Shown: positions 1 to 9,192, numbered from the stretch's first letter. The stretch: 64,000 nucleotides of DNA from Candidatus Woesearchaeota archaeon (GCA_016935985.1 JAFGPW010000002.1:65991-129990), one strand, 5' to 3'. Notes: generated by a model not told the origin, from the sequence alone. Translations and numbers: made by a program.

Positions 1-2108
1 TACGTGTCGATGTTCTCGCTCTTCGTCTGGACGATGATATAGTTCTCCGGCTCCTTGAAGAGGTCGTAGTAGTAGGTCGCCCTGATGGAGACCGGGACGC
101 CGGGCATCCCCCACTCGCCGTACGGGCTGTCGTCGCTCGTGTAGAGGGTGATGGTCCCCATCGAGAGCACGCCGTCCTCCTCGAGCCGGTCCTGGATCTG
201 GTTGAAGCCCTCGAGGCTGTACTCGAGCGAGATGTCCTTGTTCACCGCGTGGCCGTGGAAGAAGACGACCGGATAGGCGGCAGGGTCGTCGCGGCATTCC
301 CCTGCCATGCAGCACGGCCCGCACTCGGCGAAGACGCAGCAGACCGGCTCCGGCTCGTCGAGGACGGGATCGGCCGTGGGCGAGCCGGTCTGCGGCGGGT
401 CGAGCGGCGCGAGGTCGACCGCCGGGATCGGCACCGCATCCGCGCTGATCGTGGTGCAGCGCGCGGGAAGCCCCTGAGCGATGAGCGAGACGTACGCGGG
501 GACGGGATCATAGGCAGGCGTACCGTTCCCTGCGGTCGCGTTCTCCCCGGTGGCGTTTCCCCCATCCTCATCGTCGATGGCAGGTGGGGCGCTCGCGTTC
601 GGCGCAGGGAAGGTGAAGTTCCGCGGCGCATAGGTCATGTTCCGGAGGATCGCGCTGACCTCGGCGCTGTTGCCGATGCCCGTCGGCACGCTCAGAAGGT
701 AGTCGCGCACGATGCCGTTCCTCGTCGTCGCGACGACGGATGAGAGGTTCTCCCAGAAGAGGCTGTCGTCCGGGTACGCCTGCGCGAGGTACGCGGCTCG
801 CAGGCTCCGGTTGAGGTGCTCGACCCTCGCGTTGAGCTCGTCCACCGCCTCGCAGACGTCGGCGAGGGAGAACGTGCCCTGCACCACCCTACTGTCAGGT
901 CCCGGGTGCGGGAAGCAGGAGCCCGTCAGCTCGCAGAGCGCGTCATACGAGACGTCGAGATCGAGGAGCCTCGTGAGCGCCTGCGTGAGGATGCGTCCCT
1001 CGAGGAGCTCGGCGATGAGCCCCGCCTCCGCCTCGGCTGCCTCCGCCGCCGTCTCCTGGGCGGCAAGCCCGCCCGGCGTACGGGCCGCATCGACCGCCTC
1101 CTGCAGCCGGGAGGAGAGAGCGGCGATGAGGTCGACGGATGACTGCGAGAGATAGTCCCTGCCGGCGAGGCCGATGAGCGTCTCCCTTGTCGAGATAAGC
1201 TTCGATACCGCGGCGTTCCTTCGCCCTATCAGCGACGCGAGTCCGCTCGCGAGGCTGTCGATCTCCGACATGAGGCTGTCGATCGCGGCGTCCTCATCCT
1301 CTACCGCCGTGAGCACGGCGTCGAACCGCTGCGCCTCCCACTCGCGAAGCGCATTCTCCGCCTCCGCCGCGAGCGACGCGAGGCTCAGGCTCGCATCGGC
1401 GAGGGAGGAGGCGAGCTTCTCGTCCTCGCCCGCCGCCGCGGCGAACGCGATGACGCCGTCGGCGAGCCCGTCGAGCCTCGTGCTGATGTTTCCGAGAGCG
1501 CGCAGCCGGGCGTCGAGCGCGTCATGGGCCTGTGCCTTCGCCGCCAGGTCATCGGCGTTGAGGGAGCGCATGACCGATATGACGACGCTCCGCGTCGTCG
1601 GCCTCGCCCCGGTCTCGCACAGGAAGCTCTTCTTCACGCCGGTGCAGGATATCGATAGCCGGTAGATGTCCTGGCCGGTCCCGTCGCGCCGGGCGGTGAC
1701 GTCGTAGTTCATGGTGTAGGGGTTGCCCGGCCGTATCTCGAACTCCTTCTCGTCGACCGTCTCGCCGGCGCCCAGGTCCTCGAACGTCTCGTGGCAAAAG
1801 GCGGAGCAGAAGGGGTTGGTGGTGACCTTCGCGGTCGCCGAGACGATCGCCGTCTGGCCGCGCTCGAGCGCGATCGAGGTCTGGTCGACGTCGAGGCTGA
1901 CCACTACATCGTTCCCTATCAGGAACAGGCCGTAGAGCGTGAGCTTGGTGCCGGTCGCGATGAAGATCAGCACGCCGAGGACGATGCCGATGGCGATCGG
2001 CCAGCGGTTGCGCCTGACCTGCTCGGTCACTCCGCTCATCGGGTCCTTGCCCCTCTTCCGCCGGAAGCCCTTCGGCGTTCCCCTCCTTTTCGACGCCGTC
2101 CGCGCCAT
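1..2108 (-). CDS. large membrane-anchored extracellular protein; only the N-terminal ~700 aa lie in the window, C-terminus runs past position 1; C-terminal region may be alpha/beta-hydrolase-like
   Basis: The minus-strand frame from ATG at ~2106-2108 down to position 1 is uninterrupted. It has no in-window stop, which explains its absence from the ORF track. Codon usage is GC3-rich like neighbouring genes. N-terminal basic stretch plus one TM helix (WPIAIGIVLGVLIFIATG). NxT/NxS sequon cluster (NATGENATAGNGT). Cys cluster CCVFAECGPCCMAGEC. VVFFHGHAVN motif. All track ORFs in 242-2276 are Arg/Ser-rich alternative frames. Confidence 0.6.
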   Translation of the reverse strand, partial: MARTASKRRGTPKGFRRKRGKDPMSGVTEQVRRNRWPIAIGIVLGVLIFIATGTKLTLYGLFLIGNDVVVSLDVDQTSIALERGQTAIVSATAKVTTNPFCSAFCHETFEDLGAGETVDEKEFEIRPGNPYTMNYDVTARRDGTGQDIYRLSISCTGVKKSFLCETGARPTTRSVVISVMRSLNADDLAAKAQAHDALDARLRALGNISTRLDGLADGVIAFAAAAGEDEKLASSLADASLSLASLAAEAENALREWEAQRFDAVLTAVEDEDAAIDSLMSEIDSLASGLASLIGRRNAAVSKLISTRETLIGLAGRDYLSQSSVDLIAALSSRLQEAVDAARTPGGLAAQETAAEAAEAEAGLIAELLEGRILTQALTRLLDLDVSYDALCELTGSCFPHPGPDSRVVQGTFSLADVCEAVDELNARVEHLNRSLRAAYLAQAYPDDSLFWENLSSVVATTRNGIVRDYLLSVPTGIGNSAEVSAILRNMTYAPRNFTFPAPNASAPPAIDDEDGGNATGENATAGNGTPAYDPVPAYVSLIAQGLPARCTTISADAVPIPAVDLAPLDPPQTGSPTADPVLDEPEPVCCVFAECGPCCMAGECRDDPAAYPVVFFHGHAVNKDISLEYSLEGFNQIQDRLEEDGVLSMGTITLYTSDDSPYGEWGMPGVPVSIRATYYYDLFKEPENYIIVQTKSENIDT

Positions 2109-2167
2109 GGCCCCTGCCAGGCACCGCTCGTATATAAAGACTCCGTCCACCGACGGCGGCTGACGGG

Positions 2168-3511
2168 TCAGCACTGCCCCCGATCCAGCCGGACGAAGCA
2201 GTCCTTGAGCCAGACGAGCGCCACCAGGAGCGAGCCGGCAGAGCCGATGATCGCGGCGTACGCGACGCTCAGGTAGTCCCAGCCGAGGACGTAGACGAAG
2301 TAGAACGCGAAGGGGATCGCGAGCGCCACGATCCGCGTGAGGCTGATGACGAGCCCGGGCACGCCCTTGCCCATGCCCTGCATGGTCCTCGCGATGACGA
2401 GCGCCATCGCCATGAACGGGAGCGATATGACCGTGATGCGGATGTAGGGGATCCCCAGTGCGATGAGCGCGGCATCGGGCGTGAAGACCTGGATGAAGAG
2501 CCGGGGAAGGGCGAAGAACACGGCGCCGATCGCCGCGGTGAGGATGCCGGTGACCTTGACCGCGTACCAGGTGATGCGCTTGAGCTCCTCGTACCGCTTC
2601 GCGCCGTAGAGCATGCCGACGAGCGTGAGCGTCGCGATCGAGATCGCGACCATGGGCATGACGGTCAGGCTCTCCAGCCGCGCGCTGATGCCGAAGGTTG
2701 CGACGTGGAGCGTGCCGAATGCCGCCATGATCCGGTTGATGATGATGTTGTAGAGCGACATCAGGAGCATCCAGGCGGCGGCGGGGATGCCGACGACGAG
2801 GATGTCGCTGACGAGCTCCCAGCGGAAGCGGAACGAGCGCGGCCTGAGGTGGAGGTAGGACTTCCGGCGTATCTGGTGCAGCATGAAGAGGAGGCCGATG
2901 AGGAAGGCGTTGACCGTCGCGATCGCCGCGCCCTTCACGCCCCAGCCGAGGACATAGATGAATAACGGGTCGAGGACGACGTTGATGAGCAGCGCGACGA
3001 TGGTGACCTTCATCGGCGTCTTCGTGTCGCCCTGCGCGGTGAAGGTCTGATTGAGCAGGAACAGCGGGAACATCAGGAAGATGCCCCAGAGGATGATGCC
3101 CATGTAGTCCATCGCGAGCGCGAGCACCGTCCCTTCAGCCCCGAAGAGGACGAAGATGGGCCGCAGGAACGCCTTGCCCAGGAGGAATATCACGAGCCCG
3201 GTGCCGAGCGAGAGGAGGCCGGCGTGGAGCATGGCGTTCTCCGCCTCCTTCCTGTCCTTCTCGCCGAGGTACCTGCTGATCCGGGAATTCATCCCTGTCG
3301 CGAGCCCGGAGTTGATCGCCATCAGGATGAAGAAGAGCGGGAACGAGAACGTGAGCGCCGCGATCGCCTCAGGGCCGAGCCGGCCCACGAACGCGGTGTC
3401 GACGATGTTGTAGAGCGCCTGGGTGATCATCGCCACCATGATGGGGGCGGCCATGGAGAAGAGCGCCCTCTTGGGGTCTGCCGCGAACTCGTCGACCCTG
3501 TTCCTCGTCAT
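2168..3511 (-). CDS. MATE family multidrug/oligosaccharidyl-lipid efflux transporter
   Basis: 447 aa with 12 predicted TM helices; N-terminal FSMAAPIMVAMITQALYNIVDTAFVGRLG is typical of the MatE family. Confidence 0.9.
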   Translation of the reverse strand: MTRNRVDEFAADPKRALFSMAAPIMVAMITQALYNIVDTAFVGRLGPEAIAALTFSFPLFFILMAINSGLATGMNSRISRYLGEKDRKEAENAMLHAGLLSLGTGLVIFLLGKAFLRPIFVLFGAEGTVLALAMDYMGIILWGIFLMFPLFLLNQTFTAQGDTKTPMKVTIVALLINVVLDPLFIYVLGWGVKGAAIATVNAFLIGLLFMLHQIRRKSYLHLRPRSFRFRWELVSDILVVGIPAAAWMLLMSLYNIIINRIMAAFGTLHVATFGISARLESLTVMPMVAISIATLTLVGMLYGAKRYEELKRITWYAVKVTGILTAAIGAVFFALPRLFIQVFTPDAALIALGIPYIRITVISLPFMAMALVIARTMQGMGKGVPGLVISLTRIVALAIPFAFYFVYVLGWDYLSVAYAAIIGSAGSLLVALVWLKDCFVRLDRGQC

Positions 3512-3626
3512 GGGCCGGAAAAACGCCTTCCCCTATAAAAGGCTTTACTATCAGGACGGCCTCGTTGTGACTGCGGTCAGCGCCTGTCAGGCGAAGGCTT
3601 CGGTGAAGCCGATCCGGAGGCCGGAA

Positions 3627-3651
3627 GGGGGAATTCCCTCATAGGGATCCC
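3627..3651. promoter_or_regulatory. conserved intergenic element GGCCGGAAGGGGGAATTCCC-N6-GGGATCCC (paired palindromes), 116 nt upstream of the MATE gene start
   Basis: A near-identical ~36 bp element recurs at 15012-15035, also 116 nt upstream of a minus-strand membrane-protein gene start. Confidence 0.35.
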
Positions 3652-3708
3652 GGCCCTTCTCGCGATCGGCGGGAGCCATAGCCTTGACGATGGTCCTGAG
3701 GTTCCCGA

Positions 3709-5199
3709 TCAGCCGAGGAACTGCCTGATCCGCGCGGCCTTCAGCATCCCTTCCTGGATGCCGTGCGCGTCGTGCCTGCCGAGCGCGCGCACGACCTCAG
3801 CCGTCGCCGCGGCATGGCCGGCATCGGGTTCGCACGGGAACCGCTCCGCCACCGCTGTCGCGATCCGCCGGACCGGCGCCGGCAGGTCCTTCGCGAGCGC
3901 GGGGTTGTAGAACCGCAGCGAGTCGGCGAGGTCCTCGTCGAGCGTCGGGTAGAACCGGCGCAGCTCGTCTGTCGCCGCGCCGCTGAGGCAGGCCATGCCG
4001 AGGATCTCGGGCGGGAGGCCGAGGGAGTAGAGCGAGGCGGTGAAGCGGATCGCGCGGGGCAGCGCCACGCCGCCGGTCTTTCGCGAGTAGCCGAAGAGCC
4101 CGACGTGCAGCTTCCGTTTCCGCCGGTGCGGGACGAAGGGCGCTACCCTGTTGATCGCCGGCGCGAGGAGCCGGATCGCCCCCACATACTCCTTCTTGAT
4201 GGACCCGAAGATGGCGAGCGCCTTCTTCTCATCGGGGAAGATGGGCTCCCGGCGCCTGGTGCCGGCGACGGTCTCCACCGCTCCCATCACCTCGCGCGGC
4301 TGGTAATCGTACTTGAACGCCGATTGGACGGTGAACGTCTGGATGCTCGGGTAATTCTTCAGCATCCCCTTCACGTTCGCCGGCGTGAAGTTTCCGCGGA
4401 ACGGAGCCGATCCGCAGCCGATGATCGGGAGGATCGGCACGCCCGTCCGCTCCTGCAGCCGGTGCAGCCGGGCGAGCCCGACCTTGATCAGGATGACGGC
4501 GGCGGCGCTGCCATAGTTGAGGGCCGGGTCGCTCCGCGCGAACCACACCCGCTGCAGCTCGCTGATGCGCTCGTAGCGCATGTACCTCTCGGCGTAATCG
4601 TCGGCATGGAGGATCGCGTCCTCGGTCTCGAAGAGAGGGGTCATGCGGATGTCCTTCGGCATGAACCTGCCGAGCCACTTCGCGATCGTGATGTCGCCGC
4701 GGACGAGCCGCTCGTCCTGCTGGTTGACGATGTGCTGCTTGTAGTACTCGTGGATCCTGATGAGCGGCTTCTCGGAGAGGCACATCGGGACCACCACCTC
4801 GAAGATAGGAGGGATGTCCCTGCCGTAGAAGAGCCTGCCGAGGTCATGGTTGCGCGGGATCGACGAGAGCGCCTCGATGAGGACCTTGCCCTCCGCCTTC
4901 TCGACGTCGGGGTTCGGCACGCGGATGGTGAGCAGCTTGTCCTTTCCCAGCACGTTCTTCCGGAAGAAGCTCTCGTAGCGGGAGAAGAGCTTCTTCACCA
5001 CGAAGCCGTCGACCTCCTTCCCTTCAGCGTCCCAGAGCTGCTCGTCGATCCCCAGGTGCGAGAACGCGTAGAAGGCCTCCTGCACCTCCTCATCGCCCGC
5101 GATCACCGGGTCGCTCGAGAAGAACGGCGTGCTGACGTTGTCCGGGTGCTGGGTGGACATAAGCCGGGAGATCTTCGGCATCGCCTTCTGCGCGGCCAT
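3709..5199 (-). CDS. ppcA: archaeal-type phosphoenolpyruvate carboxylase
   Basis: 496 aa. The N-terminal MSTQHPDN signature of the archaeal PEPC (PepcA) family and overall length match. Confidence 0.9.
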   Translation of the reverse strand: MAAQKAMPKISRLMSTQHPDNVSTPFFSSDPVIAGDEEVQEAFYAFSHLGIDEQLWDAEGKEVDGFVVKKLFSRYESFFRKNVLGKDKLLTIRVPNPDVEKAEGKVLIEALSSIPRNHDLGRLFYGRDIPPIFEVVVPMCLSEKPLIRIHEYYKQHIVNQQDERLVRGDITIAKWLGRFMPKDIRMTPLFETEDAILHADDYAERYMRYERISELQRVWFARSDPALNYGSAAAVILIKVGLARLHRLQERTGVPILPIIGCGSAPFRGNFTPANVKGMLKNYPSIQTFTVQSAFKYDYQPREVMGAVETVAGTRRREPIFPDEKKALAIFGSIKKEYVGAIRLLAPAINRVAPFVPHRRKRKLHVGLFGYSRKTGGVALPRAIRFTASLYSLGLPPEILGMACLSGAATDELRRFYPTLDEDLADSLRFYNPALAKDLPAPVRRIATAVAERFPCEPDAGHAAATAEVVRALGRHDAHGIQEGMLKAARIRQFLG

Positions 5200-6356
5200 C
5201 AGCGCATCAGCCCCTGCACGTATGTGCCGAGCCGGTCGAGCCCGTCGCCGAGCGCCTCTTCCCCGACGACGAAGCTGAGCCGGATGTTCGCATCGGCGCC
5301 GAAGGGCTTTCCCGGGACTGCCGCAACCCTCGCCTTCCCGAGGAGCCCTTCGCAGAACGGTACTGAGGCGAGGCCGGTCGCCGTGATGTCGGGGAAGGCG
5401 TAGAAGGCGCCTGCCGGCGGGACGATCCCCAGGCCCATCGCCTTGAGGCGGCGCACGACGAGGTCGCGCCGTGCCTTGTAGCCGCTCGCTATCTTCCGTA
5501 TCTCCGCCTGCGGGACAGAGAACGCCGCTTCCGCCATCCGCTGGGCGATCGAGCTCGGGTTCGAGGCCATGTGGCTCTGAAGCCGCATCATCGCCTTCGC
5601 GAGCTCGGGCGGCGCGCCGCAGTAGCCGATCCGCACGCCCGTCATCGCATACGTCTTCGAGACCGCGTTCACGGTGACGGCGCGCTCCCCTATCTCGTCA
5701 GAGAGCGAGGCGATGCTCACGTGCGGCGCGTCGTAGGAGAAATGCTCGTAGACCTCGTCGGCGATGATGAAGGCGCGGTCGCTCTCGCCGAGGCAGAGGT
5801 CGGCGATGCGCCTGAGCTCCGCCTTCGGGATGACGGACCCTGTCGGGTTATTCGGGTAGTTGAGCAGCACCGCCCTGGTCCGCTCCGTGATGCGGGGCAC
5901 GATGCTCTCCGCGGTGATCGCGAACCCTTCGGTCGTCGCGATGACGGGCTTGCCGTCTGCGAGCCGCACCTGCTCAGGGTAGCTGAGCCAGTACGGAGAG
6001 GGGATGATGACCTCGTCGCCGGGATCGCAGAGCGCGAGGAACACGTTCATGAGCGTGTGCTTCGCGCCGTTCGAGACGACGACCTGCTCAGGCGCATAGG
6101 CTATGCCGTTCTCGCGCGTGAACTTCTCAGCGATCGCCTGACGCAACGCGTCAGTGCCGGGGACCGGCGTGTACTGGGCGAAATTCTCGTCGATCGCGCG
6201 CTTCCCCGCCTGCCTGATGCCGGGGAAGAGGCCGAAGAAGGGCTCGCCTGCCGAGAGGTCGATGACATCCTCTCCCGCTGCCTTCATGGCCTTCGCCTTC
6301 GCCGAGATCGCGAGCGTCGCGCTCGGCGCGATCCCCCTCGCCCGTGCCGAGAACAT
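5199..6356 (-). CDS. class I/II (aspartate) aminotransferase, PLP-dependent
   Basis: SKTYAMTGVRIGY lysine region, YPNNPTG motif, ~385 aa. Start chosen at internal Met (MFSARARG). Stop overlaps the ppcA start (ATGA). Confidence 0.85.
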   Translation of the reverse strand: MFSARARGIAPSATLAISAKAKAMKAAGEDVIDLSAGEPFFGLFPGIRQAGKRAIDENFAQYTPVPGTDALRQAIAEKFTRENGIAYAPEQVVVSNGAKHTLMNVFLALCDPGDEVIIPSPYWLSYPEQVRLADGKPVIATTEGFAITAESIVPRITERTRAVLLNYPNNPTGSVIPKAELRRIADLCLGESDRAFIIADEVYEHFSYDAPHVSIASLSDEIGERAVTVNAVSKTYAMTGVRIGYCGAPPELAKAMMRLQSHMASNPSSIAQRMAEAAFSVPQAEIRKIASGYKARRDLVVRRLKAMGLGIVPPAGAFYAFPDITATGLASVPFCEGLLGKARVAAVPGKPFGADANIRLSFVVGEEALGDGLDRLGTYVQGLMR

Positions 6357-6981
6357 GGGCCGTTCGTGCGGAGGGGCAGGTATATAATGGTTTCTAATCG
6401 GATTGGCGTCGTGGGGAAGGAAAGGCAATGGTTATTTACGCGGCTCACGTCAGTCGGGCATCATGCCTATCGCTCGCGGGAGCGGGTGGCATGGCATGCT
6501 GCGGATCCTGGAATAAGGCCGCCAAGAAGAGGAGATGAGATAGCAGGGGACAAGGGCCCCCACCGGTCATGTTGCCCTTTATCCCCCTCATTTCCGCATC
6601 GGTCCATCGATGATCGCCCGGTCCCGGCCAGGCATGGGCTCACGGCCGTCATCCTCGACGCCGTCGATCGCGCACATGTCGACCGCGATCTCGCCTCTCT
6701 CGCCCCTGATGCGCTTCACGCACCGGGCCTGCTCCGCTGCGGGGACCGGTCCCATCAGTCTATCAGTCTCCGCAGCTCGTCGCTGCTCGGGACCGTGTGG
6801 TACGTCTCCCAATGGAGTATCCTGAGCTCCTTCTCGACGAGCCCTGCCTGGTATTCCTGGCTTGCCCTGCGGGTACGCATGCCGACCACCTCTCATTCTC
6901 GACGGTGCCGATCGCACCGGGGATTACTCCAGGCGCAGCATCCTTAAATACCATCGGGAGGACCAGTCGCGTGCGCGATTG

Positions 6982-6998
6982 CACAAACCTTAAATACC
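6982..6998 (+). promoter_or_regulatory. archaeal BRE/TATA promoter motif CACAAACCTTAAATACC, ~27 nt upstream of the 7023 ATG
   Basis: The same 15-mer CACAAACCTTAAATA recurs upstream of the fur-like gene at 8272-8288. TTAAATA is a TATA-box-like sequence. Confidence 0.5.
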
Positions 6999-7022
6999 AC
7001 ACCCGACTTAACGCGGGAACGC

Positions 7023-7691
7023 ATGGCCCATCTCCCCTTCTGCCCCGCGTGGTTCAGCGGCTTCGACATCATCCTGCAGTCGGTGTTCGCGATCGTCTCG
7101 CTCCTCGTCTCGCTCCTCGCGTTCAGGGTGCACCGCGCGACGTCGGCAAAGCCTGCGCGGATGTTCGGCCTATCCTTCCTCGCGATCGGGCTCTCCTACC
7201 TCATCCAGGCGCTCTTCAACCTCCTGGTCTGGTCGGGCACCGACCACTCGGTCTGCGCATCCATCGAGCAGCTCACCGAGTCGATCCTCTACGACATCGG
7301 CCTGTACTCCCATATGGCGCTGATGACCGCAGGCCTCGCGCTCCTCGCCTACATGACCTTCCGGGTGGCGAAGGCGCGCATCTACCTCATGCTCCTCTCG
7401 GTGGCGGTGGTGGCGATCATCACGTCCCGAAACCCTCTCGCGGTCTTCGCGATGGTGTCGTCCGTGCTCCTCGCGTTCATCGCCTGGCATTTCATCGGGA
7501 ACTGGCGCGAGCACCGGAGCGCGCTGACGCTGCTCGTTGCCGCCGGCTTCCTCTTCATGCTCGTCGGCGAGGCGCTGCTGATCTTCACCTACGAGGACCC
7601 GCTGTTCTACGCGGTGGGACACCTGCTCGAGATGGTGGCATACCTGCTCATGCTCGCAAACCTCATCCTGGTGATCCGCAACCATGGCTAA
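7023..7691 (+). CDS. integral membrane protein (6-7 TM), unknown function
   Basis: 222 aa, highly hydrophobic; 8-nt overlap with the downstream wHTH gene. Confidence 0.6.
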   Translation: MAHLPFCPAWFSGFDIILQSVFAIVSLLVSLLAFRVHRATSAKPARMFGLSFLAIGLSYLIQALFNLLVWSGTDHSVCASIEQLTESILYDIGLYSHMALMTAGLALLAYMTFRVAKARIYLMLLSVAVVAIITSRNPLAVFAMVSSVLLAFIAWHFIGNWREHRSALTLLVAAGFLFMLVGEALLIFTYEDPLFYAVGHLLEMVAYLLMLANLILVIRNHG

Positions 7692-7962
7692 GAAACGGGA
7701 CCGGCTCGAGATCATCCACGACATCCTGCTCGTGATCCGCGAGAAGGGCGACCGCATCAAGCCCACGCACATACTCTACAAGTCCAATCTCTCCTACCAG
7801 ATGCTCACCGACTACCTCAACGAGCTCATAGGGAAAGGCCTGATCCTCACAAAGGAGGACAAGAAGGGGAAGAGGACCTATGCGCTCACCGACAAGGGCT
7901 ACAGGTTCCTCACCGAGTTCAAGATGATCCGGGATTTCCTGGAATCCTACGGCCTCGACTGA
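7684..7962 (+). CDS. winged-helix DNA-binding protein (small archaeal wHTH regulator)
   Basis: 92 aa; LEIIHDILLVIREKGDRIKPTHILYKSNLSYQMLTDYLNELIGKGLI is a wHTH pattern. Confidence 0.65.
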   Translation: MAKKRDRLEIIHDILLVIREKGDRIKPTHILYKSNLSYQMLTDYLNELIGKGLILTKEDKKGKRTYALTDKGYRFLTEFKMIRDFLESYGLD

Positions 7963-8271
7963 TCAAGGGCCTGCGCAGCAGGGGGTTCAGGCCTGAGCAG
8001 CACTCCCTGAAGACATCGAAGACCTCCTTCTCGATGTTCCGGTACGGGACATTGACCATGCTCGCCACCTCCTTTTTTTCGGGCTGCGCGGTGCCTGCCA
8101 TCACCTTATCGTGTGGCGTCGTGAGGCCTCATCTCGCGGAAAGGCCGAACAGCCACGGCGACGGCGAGGCGGGACACCGAGCAAGGTATCGTCAGTCGGT
8201 ATACAGATGTATATACTGTTATAGCATTCTTTTATAAATAGTCTCGGAAACTGGGTTCCTCACCTCACTTC

Positions 8272-8288
8272 CACAAACCTTAAATAGC
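8272..8288 (+). promoter_or_regulatory. BRE/TATA promoter motif CACAAACCTTAAATAGC upstream of the fur-like gene
   Basis: Shares the 15-mer with the 6982 site; TATA at 8280-8286. Confidence 0.5.
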
Positions 8289-8300
8289 ATAGGAACATTC

Positions 8301-8323
8301 TTATCAATAATTATTATCAATAA
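8301..8323 (+). promoter_or_regulatory. Fur-box-like operator TTATCAATAATTATTATCAATAA (direct/inverted AT-hexamer repeats) between the TATA box and the fur ATG
   Basis: Tandem TTATCAATAA x2 around the palindromic centre ATAATTAT resembles the (GATAAT)n Fur box. It is positioned over the predicted TSS. Confidence 0.45.
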
Positions 8324-8336
8324 GGGTGGTGACTCG

Positions 8337-8750
8337 ATGGCATCGACACGGAACACGCCCCAGCGTGAAGCGATCCTCGCCTACCTGCAAAGCGTCCACA
8401 CCCATCCGACAGCGGAGGAGGTGCATGCCGCGGTCAGCAGGAAGCTGCTGTCCATCGCGCTCGCCACTGTCTACCGGAACCTCAACCTGCTCGCCGAGCG
8501 CGGCATCATCCACCGCCATCAGATCGGCGGGGGCTACCGCTATGACGCCGACCTCGCGGCGCACGAGCACTGCGTGTGCACCTCCTGCGGCGGGATCTAC
8601 GATGTCCCGGCCGAGGATATAGAGGCTGCGGCGACCCGGCATATCGACCGGAAGCGGTTCGTTCCCGACCACGTCGAGGTGACGGTCTACGGTGTGTGCG
8701 CGAAGTGCGATCACGATACAGACACGATACGAAAGGTGAAACCAACATGA
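8337..8750 (+). CDS. Fur family transcriptional regulator (Fur/PerR/Zur-like)
   Basis: 137 aa. N-terminal wHTH, HEHCVC and CxxC...CAKC metal sites. Heads an oxidative-stress operon. Confidence 0.9.
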   Translation: MASTRNTPQREAILAYLQSVHTHPTAEEVHAAVSRKLLSIALATVYRNLNLLAERGIIHRHQIGGGYRYDADLAAHEHCVCTSCGGIYDVPAEDIEAAATRHIDRKRFVPDHVEVTVYGVCAKCDHDTDTIRKVKPT

Positions 8751-8911
8751 AAACAAGCAAACCGACGACACGGATGCTGCGCCAGGGCATGCTCGAACGC
8801 TACAGCTGCGACGAGCTCTGCTACATCGGCGCGAAACAGGGGCTCGATGAGCCTGCGATGGAAGAGCTCGCTTTCAAGGGTTGCCCTCCCTGCTTCGGAC
8901 AGGATGAGTGA
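8747..8911 (+). CDS. small Cys4 protein (CxxxC...CPPC), possible rubredoxin-like metal-binding protein
   Basis: 54 aa; start overlaps the fur stop (ATGA); sits between the regulator and the ferredoxin. Confidence 0.4.
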   Translation: MKTSKPTTRMLRQGMLERYSCDELCYIGAKQGLDEPAMEELAFKGCPPCFGQDE

Positions 8912-8914
8912 GCG

Positions 8915-9166
8915 ATGGCGAGGCTCATCCGCGGCAACCGGACCGAGGAGATCCCCGACGGCAGCAGGATCGTCGAGGCGGCGGGACGGCTCGGCGTCCC
9001 CTTCGGCTGCTACGAAGGGGTCTGCGGCGCCTGCCGCATCGAGATCGAATCCGGTATGGAGAACCTCTCCCCGCTCACCGGGCACGAGGAGGAGCAGGGC
9101 TGCAGCGGCACAGAACGCCTTGCGTGCCAGTGCACGATCGCCGGCGGAGAGGCAAGGATTAAATAG
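8915..9166 (+). CDS. 2Fe-2S ferredoxin (plant-type fold)
   Basis: 83 aa; GCYEGVCGACRIEI ... LACQC cysteine pattern. Confidence 0.75.
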   Translation: MARLIRGNRTEEIPDGSRIVEAAGRLGVPFGCYEGVCGACRIEIESGMENLSPLTGHEEEQGCSGTERLACQCTIAGGEARIK

Positions 9167-9192
9167 GGGGAGGCATTCAGGCCTCATCGAGG

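Noticed and set aside
242-2276. Track ORFs 242-631(-), 249-743(+), 712-1155(+), 816-1142(+), 1174-1665(+), 1549-2124(-), 1791-2276(+)
   Set aside because: Arg/Ser/Pro-rich low-complexity translations. All are alternative or antisense frames of the long uninterrupted minus-strand frame that carries proper GC3 codon bias.
3631-3651. EcoRI (GAATTC) and BamHI (GGATCC) sites as cloning-vector scars
   Set aside because: They occur as part of a longer conserved native element present twice at equivalent promoter-relative positions, with no vector-like sequence around them.
3763-5403. 546-aa plus-strand ORF
   Set aside because: Antisense to the well-supported ppcA; Arg/Glu-rich shadow frame.
5571-6947. 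458-aa plus-strand ORF
   Set aside because: Antisense to the aminotransferase; Arg-rich.
6797-7735. 312-aa plus-strand ORF
   Set aside because: Out-of-frame overlap with the membrane-protein gene 7023-7691; Pro/Arg/Gly-rich.
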